From NCBI RefSeq assembly GCF_009914755.1, contig NC_060932.1: a stretch of DNA of 64,000 bases; one strand, written 5' to 3'. The notes under the pieces are model-generated. The model was not told the DNA's origin and ran no database searches. It saw only the letters and a program-made list of their open reading frames with translations. Made by a program: the position numbers and the translations under genes. Below, piece after piece: positions 1 to 13,374 of the stretch (positions within the stretch are counted from its first letter, which is position 1; each line of letters begins with the position of its first letter). The DNA is from the human T2T-CHM13v2.0 reference genome, Homo sapiens.

Positions 1-289
1 ATTTCACAAGGAAATTATTGATTTCAATTAGTTCTCTTTATACTAGAAATCATCTGGTATTAATTTAAAAATTTTTGAGATGTCTGTGGAATAAGCAAAT
101 GAGACAACAAAAAGCTATGTTTTAAAAAATAAAACTTTCTGATATATACAAAATTAATATTCTTTTGGGGAAAATTCAAAATATAGAAAATTATTGCTTA
201 AGTCCCTGCAAAATTCTATCACCCAGAGATAAACATAGTTAACATTTCTTTTTGTGAGCATTCTCTAGAGATAATGCTTTTTTTCATAT

Positions 290-445
290 TCTTGGGCAAG
301 TTATTCAGTCTTTCACTGTGTAAGCATATTTTTCCTCTTCTATAAAATGGGAATAAAAATGATACTTGTCACCTAGGGTTGGAGATTTAATGAGTTAATA
401 TGTATAAAATGTGTAACTTAGTACCTGAAAATAGTTAATAAAGAT
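290..445 (+). mobile_element. MIR SINE fragment
   Basis: MIR core TTGGGCAAGTTA...CTATAAAATGGGAATAA...TTAATGAGTTAATATGTA. Confidence 0.7.
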
Positions 446-450
446 TTACT

Positions 451-683
451 GACAAGGCATGGTGGCTCATACCTGTAATCCCAACCAACATATTGGGAGG
501 CTGAAGTGGGAGGATCACTTGAGGCCAGGAGTTTGAGACCAGACTGGGCTACATAAGGAGACCCTGTCTCTACAAAACATTTTTTAAAAATTAGCTGGGC
601 ATGGTGATGCACATCTGTAGTTCTACCTATTTGGGAGGCTGAGGTGGGATGGGTGACAAAGTGAGACCTTGCTCTAAAAAATA
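451..683 (+). mobile_element. AluJ-type SINE with an internal right-arm deletion
   Basis: Left arm and A-rich linker present; right arm jumps from GAGGTGGGA to TGGGTGACAAAGTGAGACC. Confidence 0.85.
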
Positions 684-3600
684 TAAGCTAATATTATAAT
701 CACCATATGCACGTATTTATAACTAGCAGGTATATTATTTCCAAAAATGAGGTAAAACTATACATATTACTTTTTAATCTTTCTTCACCTAGTAATATGT
801 TGAGGTCATGTTTCCATGTCAGTAAACAGGGACCTATGATATTCTTTTAAATTGCTGCATAATATTCTATTATTCAAATGTAGTCAAAATTTTTAAAATT
901 CTGGTGTTTATTTGATTTCCCTAACTGGTATATATTTGCACGTTTCCTTATACTAAGTTCTTAAAGGTGGAACACGGGTCAAACAATATAATTATCTTTG
1001 AAAGTTAGTGTTTTTAATGTAACAGCTAACAAAGCTTACTAAGAGGAGGAAGTGGAGCGATATGGCAGAATAGATGGCTCCACCAATGGTCTCCCCCAAA
1101 AGGACACCAATTTAACAACTATCTACACACAAAAAAGCACCTTAATAAGAACCAAAAAATCAGGTGAGAACACACAGTGCCTGGTTTTAACTTCGTATCA
1201 CTGACAGAGGCACTGAAAATGTAGGAAAAACAGTCTCAGGTTGCTAACACCACCCTTCCTCCTTCCTCCAGCAGTGGCAGCATGGTGCAGAGAGAGAATC
1301 CGAGTGCTTGGGAGAGAGAAAGGACAGCAATTGTGAAACATTGCATCGAACTCAGTGCTGCCCTGTTATAGCAGAAAGCAAAAGGGATGAACTCAGCTGA
1401 CACCTGTACACAGAGTATTTAGCCCAGCCCTAACCAGAGGGGAATTGCCCACCCCAGCAATTGAAACTTGAATTCCCACAAGCATCACTATTGTAGGCTA
1501 AAAGGCTTTTGGGCTCTAAATAAACTTGAAAAGCTGTCTAGGCCATAAGGACTGCAACTCCTAGGCAAGTCCTAGTGCTAAACTGGGCTTACAGCCAAGG
1601 GACTTGGGAGGGTGCGTGATCTACTGAGACACCAGTTGTGGTGGCTAGGGTAGTGCTGGCAGCACACTTCACCTAACCCCATGCAGCACAGCTTGCAGCT
1701 CCAAAAGAGACCCCTTCTTTCTGCTTGAGGAGAGGAGAGGGAAGAGTGGGGAGGACTTTGTCTTACAAAGACTTTGTCTTGCAAAGACAAAGATATGTAA
1801 ACTTTTAGACAGGATTCAAAATAACTGTTTTGAGGAAACTCAACTAAATTCAAGGTAGCATAGAGAAGGTATTCAGAATTCTATCAGATAAATTTAACAA
1901 ATAAATTAAAATAATTAAAAAGAATCAAGCAGAAATTCTGGAGCTGAAAAATGCAATTGACATACTGAAGAATGCATTAGAGTCTTAATAGCAGAATTAA
2001 TCAAGCAGAAGAAAGAATTTGTGAGCTTGAAGACAGGTTATTTGAAAATACACAGTCAGAAGAAACAAAAGAAAAAATAATTAAAAAAAAAGCATGCCTA
2101 CAGGATCTAGAAAATAGCCTCAAAAGGGCAAATTGAAGAGCTATTGGCCTTAAAGAGGAGGTAGAGAAAGAGATGGGGCAGAAAGTTTATTTAAAGTAAT
2201 AATAACAGAGAACATCCCAAACCTAGAGAAAGATATCAATATCCAAGTATAACAAGGTTATAGAACGACAAGCAGATTTAATGCATAGAAGACTACCTCA
2301 AGGTATTTAATAATCAAACTTCCAAAGGTCAAGGATAAAGAAATCATCCTAAACGCAGCAAGAGAAAATAAATAACATACAATGGACCTTTGATACGTCT
2401 GGCAGCAGACTTTTCAGTTGAAACTTTACAGGCCAGGAGAGCATGGCATGACATATTTAAAGTGCTGAAGGGAAACAAAACAAAACTTTTACCCTGGAAT
2501 AGTATATCTGGTGAAAATATCCTTCAAACATGAAGGAGAAATAAAAGACAAACAAAAGCTCAAGGATTTCATCAACATCAGACCTGTCATACTACAAATG
2601 CTAAAGGCAGTACTTTATTGAGAAAGAAAAAGATGTTAATGAGCAATAAGAAATCATCTGAAGGTACAAAACTCACTAGTAATAGCAAGTACACAGTTTT
2701 TAAACTACTCTTAAGTGTGGTGTATAAACTACTCTTAAGTAGAGCGACTCAACAATGAACCAATAAAAAATAATAACTACAGTAAGTTTTCAAGACATAG
2801 TACAATAAGATATAAATAGGAAAAACAAAAGGTTAAAAAGTGGGCAGATGAAGTTAAGGTGCAGAGTTATTAGTTTTCTTTTTGCTTGCTTGTTTGTTTA
2901 TGCAAATAGTACCAAAAAAAGCAGGAATAGCTATAGTTATCGCAGAAAAAATAGGCTTCAAAACAAAAACTATAAGAAGGGATAAAGGTCACTATATAAC
3001 AGTAAAGGGGGTCAATTTAGTAAGAGGATATAACAATTGTAAATATCTATGCACCCAACACTGGAACACCCAGATATTTAAAGAAAATAATATTAGAGCC
3101 AGAGAGCGAGAGAGGCCCCACTGCAATAAGAGCTGGGGACTTCAACACCTCACTTTCAGCATTGGACAGATCTTCTTCCAAACAGAAAATCAACAAAGAA
3201 ACAGACTTAATCTGCACTACAAACCAAATGGAACTAATGGATATTTACAGAACATTTCATCCAATGGGTGCAGAATACACATTCTTCCTCAGCACTTGGA
3301 TCATTCTGAAGGATAGACCATATGTTAGGTTACAAAATAAGTCTCAGAACATTCAAAAAATTGAAATAATATCAAGCATCTTCTCTGACCACAATGGAGT
3401 AAAGCTAGAAATCAATAATGAGGAATTTTGAAAACTACATAAATACATGGAAATTAAACAATATGCTCCTGAATGACCAGTGAGTCAATAAATTAAGAAG
3501 AAAATTGAAAAATTTATTGAAACAAATGATAATGGAAACACAACATACCAAAGCCTATGAGATATAGCAAAAGCAGTATGAAGAGAAGAGGTTATAAGTG

Positions 3601-4949
3601 TCTACATCAAAAAAGAAGAAAAACTTCAAATAAACCTAACAATGCATCTTAAAGAACTAGAAATGCAAGAGCAAATCAAAACCATAATTAGTAGAAGAAA
3701 AGAAATACTAAAGATCAGAGCAGAAATAAATGAATTCGAAATGACTAAAATCATACAAAATATCAATGAAAAAAATTGGTTTTTTGAAAAGTTAAACAAA
3801 ATTGGCAAACCTTTAGTCAGGCTAACTAAGAAAAAATGACAGAAGACCCAAATAAATAAAATCAGAGATGAAAAAAAGACATTACAACTGATTCTGCAGA
3901 AATTCAAAGGATTATTAATGGCTACTATAAGCAACTATATGCCAATAAATTGGAAAACCTAGAAGAAATGGAGAACTTCTTAGATATGTACAACCAACTA
4001 AGACTGAACCATAAAGAAATTCAAAACCTGAACAGATCAATAATAAGTAATGAGATAGAAGCCATAATAAAAAGTCTTCCAGCCAGCAAAACAAGCCTGA
4101 GACTCAGTGGTTTCACTGCTGAATTCTATCAAACATTTAAAAAAAAAAAAGTAGCACTAATCCTACTCAAACCATTCTGAAAATTACAGGAGGAGGAGGA
4201 AATTCTTCCAAATTAATTCTATGAGTCCAATATTACCCTGATAACAAAGCCAGACAAAGACACATCCAAAAATACAAATAAAGAACCCATAGGCCATTAT
4301 CTCTAATGAATATTGATGCAAAAATCCTCAACAAAATACTAGCAAACAAAATTCAACAACACTTAAAAAGATCATTCATCATGACAAGTGGGATTTATCC
4401 CCGACATGCAAGGATGGTTCAACATAGGCAAAACAACCAATATGACACATCATATCAACAGAGTGAAGGGCAAAAGCCATGTGATCATTTTAATTGATGC
4501 TGAAAAACATTTGATAACATTCAACATCCCTTCATAATAAAAACCCTGAAAAAACTGGGTATAGAAGAAACATACCTCAACATAATAAAAACCATATACA
4601 ACAGACTCACAACTAGTATCCTACTGAATGGGGAAAACCTGAAAGCCTTTCCTGTAAGATCTGGAACATGGAAAGTTTGTCCATTGACACCACCGCTATT
4701 CAAACATAGTACTGGAGGTCCCACCTAGAGCAATCAGACAAGAGAAAGAAATAAAGGGCATCCAAATTGGAAAGGAAGAAGCCAAATTTTCCTTGTTTGC
4801 AGATAATATAATCTTACATTTGGAAAAACCTGAAGTCCTCACCAGAAAACTATTAGAACTGAATAAACAAACTCAGTAAAGTTTCAGGATACAAAATCAA
4901 CATACAAATATTAGTGGCATTTCTATATGCCAACTATGAACAATCTGGA

Positions 4950-7905
4950 AAAACCACTCAAAAGATCAATGAATCCAGGAATTAGTTTTTTGAAAAAAAA
5001 ATAAAATAGACCACTAGCTATACTAATTAAGAAGGAAAGAGAAAAATATAAAAAACACAATTATGAATGGTGAAGGGAATGTTACTACTGACCCCACAGA
5101 AATAAAAACAACTATTAGAAACTACAAACACCTGTATGCACACAAACTAGAAAACCTAGAAGAGATCGGTAAATCCATGGACACATACTCCCTCCCAAGA
5201 CTGAGCCAATAACAAGCTCCAAAATTGAATCAGTAATAAATAGCCTACCAACTAACAAAAACAAACAGACAAACACAAACAAAAACAAAACAAAAACAAA
5301 AACAAAAACCCAGGACCTGATGGATTCACAGGCAAATTCTACTAGATGTACAAAGAAGAGCTGGTACCATTCCTACAGCAACTATTCCAGAAAACTGAGG
5401 AGGAGAGACTTCTCACCAGCTCATTCTATAAGGCCAGCATCATCTTGATACAAAACCTGGCAGAGACTTCACGCCAATATCCTTGATGAACATCAGTGCA
5501 AAATCCTCAACAAAATACTTGCAAACTGAATCTAGCAGCACAACAAAAAGCTAATCCACCATGATCAAGTAGGCTTCATCCCTGGGATGGAAGGTTGATT
5601 CAACATATGCAAATCAATAAATGTGATTAATCATAAACAGAACTAAAGACAAAAACTACATGATTATCTCAATAGATGCAGAAAAAGCTTTTGATAAAAT
5701 TCAACATCCCCCTATGTTAAATACTCTCAATAACTTGGTAGTAAAGGAGCATACCTCAAAATATAAGTTATCTATCGCAAACCTATAGCCGACATTATAT
5801 TGAATGGGCAAAAGCTGGAAACATTCCCCTTGAAAGCTGGCACAAGACAAGGATGCCCTCTCACCACTTCTGTTCAACATAGTATTAGAAGTCCTAGTCA
5901 GGGCAATCAGGCAAGAGAAAGAAACAAAGGGCATCCAAATAGGAAGGGAGGAAGTCAAACTATCTCTGTTCACAGATGACATAATTCTATATCTAGAAAA
6001 CCCCATAATCTCACCCCAAAAGCTCCTTCAGCTGATAAACAACTTCAGCAAATTTGCAGGCTACAAAATTAATGTACAAAAATCACTAGCATTCCTAAAC
6101 ACCAACAATCAGAGAGCCAAATCAGAAAGGCAACCCCATTCACAACTGCCATTAAAAAAATAGCTAGGAATACAGCTAACAAGGGAGGTGAAAGATCTGT
6201 ACAATGAGAACTATAAAGCACTGCTCAAAGAAATCAGAGGTGACACAGACAAGTGGAAAAAACATTCCATGCTCATGGATAGGAAGAATCAATATAGTTA
6301 AAATGGCCATACTGCCCGAAGCAATTTAAAGATTCAATGCTAGTCTCATTAAACTACCAATGACATTCTTCACAGAATTAGAGAAAACTATTTTAAAATT
6401 CATATGGAACCAAAAATAAGCCTGAATAGCCAAGGCAATTCTAAGCCAAAAAACACAAAGCTGTAGGCATCACGCCACCCAAGTTCAGATTATACTACAG
6501 GGCTACAGTAACCAAAACAGCATGGTACTGATACAACAACAGACACATAGACCAATGGAACAGAATAGAGAACCCAGTAATAAGACCACACACCTACCAC
6601 TATTTGATCTTTGACAGAGCTGAGAAAAACAAGCAATGGGAACAGGATTTTCTATTCAATAAATGGTGCTGGGATAACTGGCTAGCCATATGCAGAAAAT
6701 TGAAACTGGACCCCTCCTTACTCCATATACAAAAGTTAAGTCGAGATGGATTAAACACTCAAATGTAAGACCCAAAACTATAGAAAGCCTGGAAGACAAC
6801 CTAGGCAATATCATTCAGGACATTGGCATGGACAAAGAGTTCATGACGAAGACACCGAAAACAATTGTAACAAAAAGAAATATTGACAAAGGGGATCTAA
6901 TTAAACTTAAGAGCTTCTGTACAGTGAAAACCTATCAACAGAGGAAACAGACAACCTACAGAATGCAAGAAAATATTTGCAAATTATGTACCTGACAAAG
7001 GTCTCATATCCAGAATCTATGAGGAACTTAAATTTGCAAGAAACAACCCTATTAAAAAGTGGGCAAAGGATATGACCAGACACTTCTCAAGAAAAGACAT
7101 ACATGCGACTAACATCATATGAAAAAAACCTCAGCATCACTGATTATTAGAGAAACGTAAATCAAAACCACTATGAGATACCATCTCACACCAGTCAGAA
7201 TGGCTACTGATAAAAAGTCAATAAATAACAAATGCTAGCGAGGTTGTAAAGAAAAGGGAATGCATATAAACTCTTGGTGGGAGTGTAAATTAGCTCAACC
7301 ATTGTGGAAGATCGTGTGGCAATTTCTCAGAGACGTAAAGACAGAAATACCATTTGACCCAGGAAGCCCATTACTGGGTATATACCCAGAGGAATATAAA
7401 TTGTTCTATTACAAAGACACATGCATGCATATGTTCATTGCAGCACTACTCACAATAGCAAAGAAAAGGAATCAACTTAAATACCCATCAGAGATAGACT
7501 GGATAAAGAAAATGTGGTACATACACACCAAGAAATACTGTGCAGCCATAAAAAAGAATGAGATCCTGTCCTCTGCAAGGACATGAGTGGAGCTGGAAGC
7601 TATTATCCTTAACAAACTAATGCAGGAAGAGAAAACCAAATATGGCATGTTCTCACTTATAAGTGGAAATTAAATGATGAGAACACATGGACACATAAAG
7701 GGGAACAACACACACTGGGGCCTATTGGAGGGTGTAAGGTGGAAGGAGAGAGAGGATCAGGAAAAATAGCTAATGGATACTAAGCTTAATACCTAAGTGA
7801 TGAAATAATCTGTACAACAAAACCCCATTACATACACTTACCTGTGTGACAAACCTGCACATCCTGCACATGTACCCCTGAACTTAAAATAAAAAGTTAA
7901 AAATT
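4950..7905 (+). mobile_element. 5'-truncated L1PA (about L1PA13-16) nested in the older L1
   Basis: ORF2 restarts at an earlier position at ~4950 and runs through RT and C-terminal fragments (6690-6995, 7260-7586) to a 3'UTR ending CCTGAACTTAAAATAAAAAGTTAAAA. Confidence 0.85.
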
Positions 7906-8564
7906 AAATAGATATAAAAACAACTAGATTATATGCAAGGAGCTCAAACAACTCTATAGGAAAAAAAATCTAATAATTCAATTAAAATATGGGCAAAATC
8001 TCTCAATAGACATTTCTCAGAAGAAGACATACAAATGGCAAACAGGTATATGAAATGGTGCTCAAAATCATTGATTTTCAGAGAAATGCAAATCAAAACT
8101 ACATTGAGATATCATCTCACCTCAGTTAGAATTGCTTTTATCTGAAAGTTAAGCAATAACAAATACTGGCTAGGATGTGGAGAAAAGGAATCCTTGTACA
8201 CTGTTGATGAGAATGTAAATTCATACAACCACTATGGAGAACAGTTTGCAGGCTCCTCAAAAAACTAAAAATAGAGGTACCATATAATCCAGCAATGCCA
8301 CTCTTAGGTATATACCCAAAAGAAAGGAAATCACTACGTCAAAGAGATATCTGCACTGCCATGTTTATGGCAGCACTATTCACAATAGCCAAAATGGGGG
8401 ACAACCTAAGTACCCATCAACAGGCGAATGGATAAAGAAAATGTGGTACATATACAGAAAGGAATACCATTCATTCAGCCATGAAAAAGAATGAGATTCT
8501 GTCATTTGAAATGACATGGATGGAACTAGAGGTCTTTATGTTAAATGAAATAAGCCAGGCACAG

Positions 8565-8933
8565 TGTATTAGTCCGTTCTCATGCTGCTATAAGGACATA
8601 CCTGAGACTGGGTAATTTATAAAGGAAAGAGGTTTAATTGACTCACAGTTCTGCAGGGCTGGGGAAGCCTCAGGAAATTACAATCATGGTGGATGGGGAA
8701 ACAAACATATCCTTCTTTACATGGCAGCAGCAAGAAGAAGTGCAGAGCAAAGGTTTTTATAAGGGTTTTTATAAAACCATCAGATCTCATGAGAACGCAC
8801 TATCACAAGAACAGCGTGGAAGTAACTGCCTCCATGATTCAATTACCTCCCAGTGGGTTCCTCCCACATGCGGGGATTATGAGAACTACAGTTCAAGACG
8901 AGATTTGGGTGGGGACACAGCCAAACCATACCA
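8565..8933 (-). mobile_element. THE1 (MaLR) solo LTR
   Basis: TGTATTAGTCCGTTCTCATGCTGCT...GGGGACACAGCCAAACCATACCA; 5-bp TSD CACAG/CACAA. Confidence 0.92.
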
Positions 8934-9474
8934 CACAAAAAGAAAAACATCACATGTTCTCACTTATCTGTGGGTGCTCAAAATTAAAACAATTGAACTC
9001 ATGGAGATAGAGAGTGAAAAGGTGGTTACCTGAGGCTGGGAAGGGTAGTGAGGGTGGGAGGTTAGGAGGGATGGTTAATGAGTCCAAAATTAGTTAGAAT
9101 AAATAAGACCTAGTATTTGCCAGCATAACAGGGTGACTATAGTAAAAAATAATTTAAATATGCTTTTAAAAATAATTAAAAGGGTATTATTGGATTGTTT
9201 GAAACACAAAGGATAAATACTTGAGGTGATGGATACCCCATTTACTCTGATATAATTATTACATATTGCATGCCTGTATAAAAATATCTCATGTAACTCA
9301 TATAATATATATCTACTATGTACCCACAACAAATAATGCAAATGCAATTAATAAAAAAGAAGCTGATTAAAAAATGCAATTTAATAATCGTATTTGATAG
9401 AGAAATGAAAAAAACTTGGTATTTGATTGTAGTCATAAGTAGTTGTAAGCACCAGCTTTCAGGAAGCTTATCAA

Positions 9475-9665
9475 ATTCAAATTCAAGACTCACTAGTTGT
9501 GTGACCTTGTACAAGTTTTTAACCACTCTGCCTCAGTTTCCCTGTCTGTAAAATAGAAATAAAAAAATCTACTTTCTGGGTTATTTTAGTAATTAAATAG
9601 GTAACACAAACAAAATACTAAGAATAGTGACTAGCTTATAGTAAAAGCTCAGTAAATATTGTTTA
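9475..9665 (+). mobile_element. MIR SINE
   Basis: CACTAGTTGTGTGACCTTG...CTCTGCCTCAGTTTCCCTGTCTGTAAAAT. Confidence 0.8.
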
Positions 9666-10031
9666 ACTTTTTTTATATAGGAAAGTGAGATAGCAGAGAG
9701 TACTTGTCAACTGAAATGGAACTTTATGTAACTTAGAAGTAATACAAATTTTCACAGGTTTCCCCAAAAGAACTATTAAACAACATTTCAATCCATTAAA
9801 AAAATTTTTCTCTCTCTCTTTCATGACATATATGCTGATATAGAATCACTTTCTTGGGCAATAGAGGACCAAATCATCTGAGTTAAACAGCTTCCTGAGC
9901 TGCTACTTCCCAGGGTGCTATGAATTCTGTCAAGTTATTTGCACTTAATTGCTTTAAACCCTAAGGCATTAACAGAAATCTTTCTTTTACTTTATCCAAT
10001 GCTTGGCAATAGGATATAAAAGAAAACAATA

Positions 10032-10401
10032 TAGTCATACATCGCTTAATGATGTCCCTTAGCATTACTTAACTACAAGAAGTTTTGAGATGTGTTGTTA
10101 GGTGATTTTGTCATTGTGTGAACATCATAGAGTGTACTTATGCAAACAGATGGTATAGCTTACTACACCCTAGGCTATTTGGTATGGCCTATTACTCCAA
10201 GGCCTCAAACCTGTACAGCATGTTACTGTACTGAATACTGTAGGCAATTGTAACATAATGGTAAGTATTTGTGCATCTAAACATGTAAACATAGAAAAGG
10301 TACAGTAAAAAATCATATAAAAGATGGTATGTCTGTATAGGGCAACCCTCTGTCATATATGGAGGCTGATGTTGACCAAAATGTTATGCGGGGTATGACT
10401 G
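10032..10401. mobile_element. Tigger3/MER7-type non-autonomous DNA transposon
   Basis: Terminal inverted repeats (C/T)AGTCATAC...GTATGACTG flanked by TA dinucleotides; internal sequence is Tigger3-like. Confidence 0.8.
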
Positions 10402-11195
10402 TATTTTTAAAACATTGAAAAATACCAACTAAAACAACTTATTTTATATTGTTCTATAAAACAGCTTTAGTTCATTTCCAGCACTTACCCTATTAATAAG
10501 GTATGGTGTTCAACAAAGGGATGTAGTTAAAGTGAGGTGTAGGTTTTAATTAAATTTCTTTGGAAAATTTTTAAATATATTTTGCTATTTGGTTCAGCCT
10601 TCTTACAGACTCTCTCAATTCATGTCTTCCACTAATCATGCGGACTATTATAAAAGAAAAAGCAGAATTTGACCTTTGTGTTTACATGGCTTTCCAGACA
10701 AAAGTAATTTGCCAGAAACAGCTAAGACCCATACTGAATGTCATGAGAACTTTTAGTTCACCACAAAATGAGAACTGCCGGATGTCCTCTTTTAACACAT
10801 TAAGATTTTCTCACGTACCTTGTATAGCCTTTACCTTGCTGGACTTGTTTGATTATGATTGGCTACAACTGCCAGCATAGTAAGTAAGAGATAATTGTGA
10901 GCATTAAGTCCCTGGTGCATGCTAGGCTGTGGCTGTGAGCATAGGGCAGGGAATTTGCACTGCTCATCAGGCCTGCCTGGGCTACACCACACTTGCAGTC
11001 GTAAGGGAAAGTTGATTTATGAAAGACTGTGGAAACTCCAATGATATAACTTCTAGGAAGTCTTCCTTTGCCCTTCAGGTAAAATTCTTAGTACAGACAG
11101 TGGATAATAGAGCATAGAACCACTCCATATCCATGTTTGAGATCATACCCAGTGCCTTCCTTAAATCCACCCTCAAAGAACAGCACCAAACTCAT

Positions 11196-11241
11196 TATAT
11201 ATATATATATATTTGTTGTTGTTGTTGTTGTTGTTGTTGTT
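11196..11241. repeat. Compound (TA)n(GTT)n microsatellite
   Basis: Read directly. Confidence 0.95.
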
Positions 11242-11479
11242 CACAACATGTTTCTGTTCTTCACCTCTGACCTGGTCCCCCCACTTGATGGCAGGGCCTC
11301 TTTTCACTCATCTTTCTTTCTCAGTAATATTTATTCAATGAAAGTCTCTGCCCATTGAATTAGGGCTGTGATTTGCCAAGCAAGTTACTTGTTTAAAGTG
11401 GTGTTTAACATGGTTTTTAAAAATTATTTTTAACAAATACTGTGTAGTAGAAATAGTGTGTTTTTCCCACTATATTTAT

Positions 11480-13374
11480 TGGGATCAAGAAAGTGGGGAG
11501 GGGGATACAGCAGACTCAACTGATAGCAGTAATTTAAGTATGCCCTGAGAATGCAGATTCACCTGATCCGTATCAACTTTATGCTTTTTACAAATGGGAG
11601 TGGCTCTCTTGTCAAGCCCACTGCCACTGGACCATCTCTATGTCTTTTTACAAATGGTGGCAGTTCTCCTGTTCATCTCACAACCACTGGACCATCCCTG
11701 TATGTAAGTCCTCAGTAAATCCTATGTCTTGTTTGCTGACTGTGGGTCTCTTCTTTGGCCTCCTGGACATGGTGCCATCTCTGCTGAAGTCTATAGGGAT
11801 TTCTCAGGACAATTGGTGAGCCAGGCAGGAGGTGGAGAAAACCCCAAGAGTGCAGAGATGACGGGATTAGGGAAGGGGTAATCCCTGGGGAAAATCCAGG
11901 CTGGCTGTCCACTTCAATGTGGGGCCTGATAGCCACCATCCCTGATGGATGGGGCCCACCATGTGGACACCCTGAAAAGGCTGGAGTCTGGAAGAGTTGT
12001 TGCAGGGGACAGATCTAATTGAGCGAAGGTCAGATTCCGAGTTGACTGGTCATTCCTGACTGCGCTGCAAGCTGAGGCTGAGCTCACAGTGCAGCCAAGA
12101 GTTCATCACTTGTTAAATGAGTTTTGACAAGATAGAGGTGCCAGATTAGTTCAGGCTGTAACACTGGAGATGTTACTGTCCTGCCTGAGGGAACAGGATG
12201 GCAAAATGGAGACCCTAGCTTATTGGCTAGTGTGTTTGAAGGGTCACCAACTCCCATGCCAACAAGATGAGGCTATGATGACTTAAATCGTCCTGGGACC
12301 CTAAGTCCTGGGACCCAATGGAGAGCTCTAGTGGGGAGGAGAGTGAGGTCTGGGAGGTGCCTAAAGAGGTTCCTGTTCTCTCTGCCCACCCGTGGTCACT
12401 ACTGGAAAGGAGGCAACCTGGCCACACCCACAGGGAGTAGATCAGTAAAACTTGCCCCATCCTGAAAGACTGTACACTGCTGTGGAGCTGGTGGAGGTAA
12501 GAAGTGGGTTCAGGCAGTGGAGGAGGGAGTTGATCGCGGGGTGGCTTCTCCATCTGTGGGACATGGGGGCAGAGGGTAGTGTACTCTCTTGATTTGAGAT
12601 GAGTAAAATGGCACCTATCATAGACCACTTGGCCCTGAGGCAGGGCCTCTATAGTGCTGAAAATGAGGATCGGGCCAGCCCCTTCCTCAGTTGGGTAGTT
12701 GTGGGTTACAAGGCAGCCTGGCCAAATGAGGTGAATGTCCCCACATCTCCTTTGCTATGGCAGACTATGGCGGAATTGCAGTACATCCCCTGGGAATTAG
12801 TGGGGAAGCATATTATCTATACTGACCGTTGCTGAGGTCCCGACAATGAGCTTTTCACTGCTGGCATGAAAGAGCCATCTTAAAGTCAGCACCCAACCAA
12901 TGGTATGGTGCATGGGTACCCAACCTGAGCCCCTTGGTAGGACAGTCAGTGTCTAGAGCAGCCCTAGTGACCTCTGACTTAGGAGAGATGGAGAAACTCT
13001 ATGGGCAATGGCGCTTTTGCATTTGGTTGCAAGGCTTCTCTGCATACCTGGCCCCAGGGAAATTGCAGAAAAATGGAGTGAGAGGAATGTGAGGGCCATT
13101 CAAGGGTATGCTGGGATGGAGTATCTGGCAGATGCACCTGACAGCAGTAGTTTAGCTTAAGCATACCCCGAGAATGCAGATGCACCTGATCTATATAAAC
13201 CACATGCTTTTTACAAATGGTGGCAGTTCTCCTGTTCAGCTCACAACCACTGGACCATCCCTGTATGTAAGTCCTCAGTAAATCCTATGTCTTGTTTGCT
13301 GACTGTGGGTCTCTTCTTCAGCCTCTTGGACCTGGTGCCATTTCTGTTGAAGTTGATAGGGGTCCAGCACGACA
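11480..13374 (+). mobile_element. Internally deleted ERVL-class provirus: 5' LTR (ends 11811), PBS, gag remnant, 3' LTR (~13064-13374)
   Basis: Two homologous direct repeats ending in ACA; PBS directly after the first; ORF 12599-12835 (WVVVGYKAAWPNEVNVPTSPLLWQT) resembles ERVL gag; left boundary uncertain. Confidence 0.8.
11814..11831 (+). promoter_or_regulatory. Retroviral primer-binding site (tRNA-Arg type)
   Basis: TGGTGAGCCAGGCAGGAG, 2 nt after the LTR end; 16/18 match to TGGCGAGCCAGCCAGGAG, the complement of the tRNA-Arg(ACG) 3' end as recalled. Confidence 0.75.

Larger units (their letters stand above)
1041..9360 (+). mobile_element. Old, near full-length L1 (L1MA-type 3' end), decayed and interrupted by an L1PA and a THE1 LTR
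   Basis: 5'UTR, ORF1 remnant (~1790-2640), ORF2 fragments (3162-3431, 3642-3839, 3950-4180, 4306-4497) and an L1MA-like 3'UTR at ~8940-9340; degenerate TSD AAGCTTACTAA / AAGCTGATTAA. Confidence 0.85.

Noticed and set aside
8638-9033. Overlapping 131- and 105-aa ORFs
   Set aside because: Frames through the THE1 LTR and L1 3'UTR
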